Source of the DNA: Prasinococcaceae sp. CCMP 1430
Taxonomy: Eukaryota; Plantae; Prasinodermophyta
DNA length: 64,000 nucleotides
Reading direction: 5' to 3'
NCBI GenBank assembly: GCA_013416795.1
Contig: RQSC01000056.1
Coordinates: 64,047-128,046, forward strand
Positions 60,401 to 64,000 of this stretch are shown here, one piece after another. The translations under genes were made by a program, and so were the position numbers. The notes under the pieces are model-generated. The model was not told the DNA's origin and searched no databases. It saw only the letters and a list, made by a program, of their open reading frames with translations. Numbering within the stretch: position 1 is the first letter of the stretch; each line of letters begins with the position of its first letter.

Positions 60401-62748
60401 CGCCGAGATCCTGGCGAGCCTGCGCTCGGCGACGGACAGCTCTCGTGGCTGGGCCAAGGCGTGGCATCAGTGGGCGCTCTTCAACGTGGAGGCCATGGAC
60501 CACTACTCGCGCGCCAACCCCAACGCCGCCGCGCGCCACGTGGCGCCCGCCGTAGCGGGCTTCTTCCGCAGCATCGCGCTGAGCGGGTCAGGCCGGACGC
60601 AGGGGGGCTCGCTTCAGGACATCCTGCGGCTGCTCACTCTGTGGTTTGAGCACGGCGCCGCTCCCGACGTCGAGATGGCGCTTCGGGACGGCTTCGGTCA
60701 CATCTCCATATCGACGTGGCTCGCAGTGCTGCCGCAGATCATCGCGCGCATCCACTCGAGCTCGCTCCCGGTGCGCACGCTCATCCACCACCTGCTCGTC
60801 AGGATAGGACGCCACCACCCGCAGGCGCTCATGTACCCGCTGCTGGTGGCGTGCAAATCTAGCAAGCCCTCGCGCGCCGCGGCGGCGATGGCTGTGATGG
60901 ACAACGTGCGTCAGCACAGCGCTCTACTCGTCGAGCAGGCGTCGCTCGTGAGCCAGGAGCTCATTCGCATCGCCATCCTGTGGCACGAGTCATGGCACGA
61001 AGCGCTCGAAGAGGCCAGCCGTCTGTACTTCGGGGATCACAACATACAGGGAATGCTGGCCACGCTCGCGCCGCTACACCAGCAGATGGAAAGGCAGGGC
61101 CCGGAGACGCTCAAGGAGATCGCCTTTGTTCAGGCGTACGGGCGCGAGCTGCACGAGGCCAACGAATGGTGCTCCAAGTACAAGCACACGGGGCGCGAGG
61201 CCGAGCTCAACCAGGCGTGGGATCTGTACTACCACGTGTTCAAACGCATCAACAAGCAGCTTCCAAGCCTGACCATGCTAGAGCTGCAGTACGTGAGCCC
61301 GCGACTGGTGGCCGCCAACTCGCTCGAGTTAGCCGTGCCGGGCATCTACACGGCTGGTGCGCCCGTGGTGACCATCGAAAGCTTCTCGCCACAGCTCCAG
61401 GTGATCACCTCTAAGCAGCGGCCGCGAAAGCTTAGCATCGTTGGATCGGACGGCCAGGAGTACTCGTTCCTCCTCAAGGGCCACGAGGACCTTCGCCAGG
61501 ACGAGCGCGTGATGCAGCTCTTCGGGCTGGTGAACACGCTGCTGGCGGACGATCCCGATAGCGCCACGCTCGACCTGGGCATTCACACGTACTCGGTGGT
61601 TCCGCTGAGCCAGAACTCGGGACTCATCAGCTGGGTGAAGGACTGCGACACGCTGCACTCGCTCATTCGCGAGTACCGCGAGGCGCGCAAGATCCCGCTG
61701 AACATCGAGCATCGTCTGATGCTCTCCATGTCGCCCGACTACGAGCTGCTCACGCTGCTCGCCAAGGTGGAGGTCTTTCGCCATGCGCTCAACAACACCG
61801 AAGGCAACGACCTCGCGCGCATTGTGTGGCTCAAGAGCCGCTCGAGCGAGGTGTGGCTCTCGCGGCGCACCAACTACACGCGCTCGCTGGCGACCATGTC
61901 AATGGTGGGCTACTTGCTCGGCCTGGGGGACAGGCACCCGAGCAACATCACCTTGGACCGCCTGACGGGCAAATGCATGCACATCGATTTTGGCGACTGT
62001 TTCGAGTCCGCCATGAAGCGCGAGAAGGTGCCTGAGCGCGTGCCTTTTCGCCTGACGCGCATGCTCATCAAGGCCATGGAGGTCAGCGGCATCGAGGGCA
62101 ACTTCCGCTCGACGTGCGAGGTCGTGATGGGTGTGCTGCGCTCAAACAAGGACTCAGTGCTTGCCATGCTCGAGACGTTCGTCCACGACCCGCTCATCAA
62201 CTGGAAGCTCGTCGGCGACCTCGCGGACGTCTCCGGTGGCAGTGGCAGCGGGGGCCACGCCCACATGGGGGCCCACGCCGGTGTAGGGCACCACCAGAAG
62301 GCTCGCGCCGCCACCCTCGACGCTGTCGGCCAGGCAGCCGCTGTTCCCCCGCTCGCTGCTGCCAACGGCGGAGCGGAGCCAGCGGGCGAGGTAGGCGAGA
62401 TCCTCAACGAGCGCGCGGTGGCCGTCATCCGCCGCGTGAGCGACAAACTGCACGGCCGCGACTTCGCGCCCGAGGGCGAGGTCGTCGAGCCGGGCGACGA
62501 GCTCGATGTGCCCGAGCAGGTGCAACAGCTCATCGAGCAGGCCACGTCAGACGAGAATTTGAGCCAGAGCTATGTCGGCTGGTGGTACGTCCTAGCGCTG
62601 TTGTTTGGATGCGCTCTGGCGCGAGCCCGCTTGCATTGCGCCCATGTTTTCAGCTCGATGTGTGCGCTGCAAAGCATGCCAGCGCGTGCTGACAGCACCT
62701 GACCGCTCCGCTCCTCTGTGCGCACCCCGAAACAGCGCCTTCTGGTAG
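54495..62748 (+). CDS. TOR: Target of rapamycin kinase (giant exon 54495-62584, last exon 62736-62748; first exon/start not found)
   Basis: HEAT repeats, FAT domain (WESSQRSTKEDWSEWMR), FRB (ILWHESWHEALEEASRLYFG), kinase (LLKGHEDLRQDERVMQLFGLVN, LGLGDRHPSN, HIDFGDCF) and FATC. Intron 62585-62735 restores the canonical ending YVGWCAFW*. Confidence 0.98.
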
Positions 62749-62798
62749 GGGAGACTGGCATAGCGTTGATCATTACACACTATAAACATACGTGTCGC

Positions 62799-63998
62799 TC
62801 ACACGGCGTCCCAACCCCTGACGGCGTCCGCGAGCCTCGCCGGCGGCTCGAGGCGCGGCGGGGCGGGCCAAGCGTACCCGGTTCCGCCGCTCCCCTCGAC
62901 GTGCGCGCCCTCGCCCGCCCCGCTGCTCGCCGCCTGTGCCCGCGCCTCCTCCGCGTTCGCCTCCTCCCGCCGCCGCTGCTCGAGCTGCCCCAGCATGCCG
63001 CACGCCGCGCTCTCGTCGTCGCCTCGCGACACGCGCACGGTCGCCACCACGCCGCGCTCGCCGAGCATCGCCTGGAAGGCGCGCACGGCGTCGGCCGACG
63101 TCGCCAGCAGGCCCGGCGCGCCGGGGTTCTCGTTGAACTGGATGAGGTTCACCTTGGCGCACACCGCGTGGCGCGCCAGCAGGTCGGCGAAGCGGTCGGC
63201 GTCGGCCTCCGAGTCGTTCACGCCGCGCAGCAGCACGTACTCGAGCAGCACGCTGTCACGTGCGCGCTTCTTCTTCTTCGTCCCGGGGCCGCTCCCCTCC
63301 TCCCTTGGGTAGAGCTCGGCGAGCGTCGCCATGAGCTCCTCGAGGCCGTGCTTGCGGTTGACGGGCATCAGCCAGTCGCGCGTCTCGTCGTCGGTGGCGT
63401 TGAGGCTGACGGCGAGCGCGGCGGGCGAGCGCGCGCGCAGCTCGCGAATCTGCGGCACGAGACCCGACGTCGACACGGTGACGCGCCGCCGCGGCAGCGC
63501 CACGCCGGCGTCGTCCGTCAGGATGTCCACCGCGCGCAGCACCTCCTCCAGATTGTGCAAGGGCTCGCCCATGCCCATGAACACACAGTTCCACGAGCTC
63601 GTCCGCACCGGCGCCCCCGCATCCCCAGCGTCGTCCTCCCCCTCCTTCTCTCCCGCCTCGGCGAGCGCGCGTTCCTGCTCGGCGACAAAGCGCTTGGCTT
63701 CGACCACCTGCTCTACGATGTGCGCCGCGCTCAGGTTGGCGCGCAGCCCCATGCGCGCCGTGTGGCAGAACTGGCAGTTCATCGCGCAGCCCAGCTGGCT
63801 GGAGACGCACACCGTGCGCCTGCCCGTGCGCTCCACGGGGATGATGACGGCCTCCACGAGCCCCTCCGCCGCTGCTGCCGAGCGCGCCTCGCCCCCGCTC
63901 GCGGCCGTGCGCGGCGGCTGCCTGAGGCGGAAGAGCAGCTTGGTGGTGCCGTCGGCGGCCGTGTGGGCGCCCACGCGCTCCCGCGCGCCGCCGCCGAC
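62799..63998 (-). CDS. rlmN: Radical-SAM dual-specificity RNA methyltransferase RlmN-like (5' end outside window)
   Basis: TVCVSSQLGCAMNCQFCHT (CxxxCxxC), FMGMGEPLHN, VSTSG, LAVSLNA, EYVLLRGVND, VNLIQFN and AACGML. Confidence 0.95.
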   Translation of the reverse strand, partial: VGGGARERVGAHTAADGTTKLLFRLRQPPRTAASGGEARSAAAAEGLVEAVIIPVERTGRRTVCVSSQLGCAMNCQFCHTARMGLRANLSAAHIVEQVVEAKRFVAEQERALAEAGEKEGEDDAGDAGAPVRTSSWNCVFMGMGEPLHNLEEVLRAVDILTDDAGVALPRRRVTVSTSGLVPQIRELRARSPAALAVSLNATDDETRDWLMPVNRKHGLEELMATLAELYPREEGSGPGTKKKKRARDSVLLEYVLLRGVNDSEADADRFADLLARHAVCAKVNLIQFNENPGAPGLLATSADAVRAFQAMLGERGVVATVRVSRGDDESAACGMLGQLEQRRREEANAEEARAQAASSGAGEGAHVEGSGGTGYAWPAPPRLEPPARLADAVRGWDAV

Positions 63999-64000
63999 CG

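Noticed and set aside
62585-62702. Extended non-canonical TOR C-terminus (WYVLALLFG...) shown in the ORF track
   Set aside because: It is intron read-through; splicing 62585-62735 restores the conserved FATC ending GWCAFW*.

Overview
This is eukaryotic nuclear DNA: very GC-rich, gene-dense, with short GT-AG introns (donors GTGCGT/GTACGC, branch points CTGAC/CTAAC) and two N gaps. The gene content points to a green-lineage alga, probably prasinophyte grade; the taxon is an inference. That content includes an ELIP/LHC-like protein, a plant-type tRNase Z, a TORTIFOLIA1/SPR2-like protein, AP-4 beta and TOR. About 28 protein genes are supportable. Housekeeping genes include an RWD/GIR2 C-terminus, DnaJ, a class I aminotransferase, AP-4 beta, S1P lyase, MOSC, Exo70, capping protein beta, tRNase Z, an MBL hydrolase, TOR and RlmN. 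The region at about 6-19 kb is accessory, with visibly lower GC and a tandem-duplicated structure. Each unit is a ~455-bp conserved block, then a membrane-protein gene sharing an XK-like C-terminal domain, then a convergent ankyrin gene. The two units carry completely different N-terminal cargo: a ~570-aa unknown domain in one and an LRR ectodomain in the other. A complete lipoxygenase sits between the units, and a subtilase and a PLAC8 gene lie just upstream. Other notable items are an ELIP-like protein fused to an unknown polytopic membrane domain, a globin with a C-terminal hydrophobic tail, and a secreted mucin-like protein with a bacterial choice-of-anchor-E-like head. There is also an NPPY amino-methyltransferase, a TOR gene with no AUG upstream of its conserved N-terminus, and a recurrent (GCG)TTTTGAC promoter motif that is also arrayed as a palindromic tandem repeat. 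All family assignments come from motif recognition only; no database search was run.
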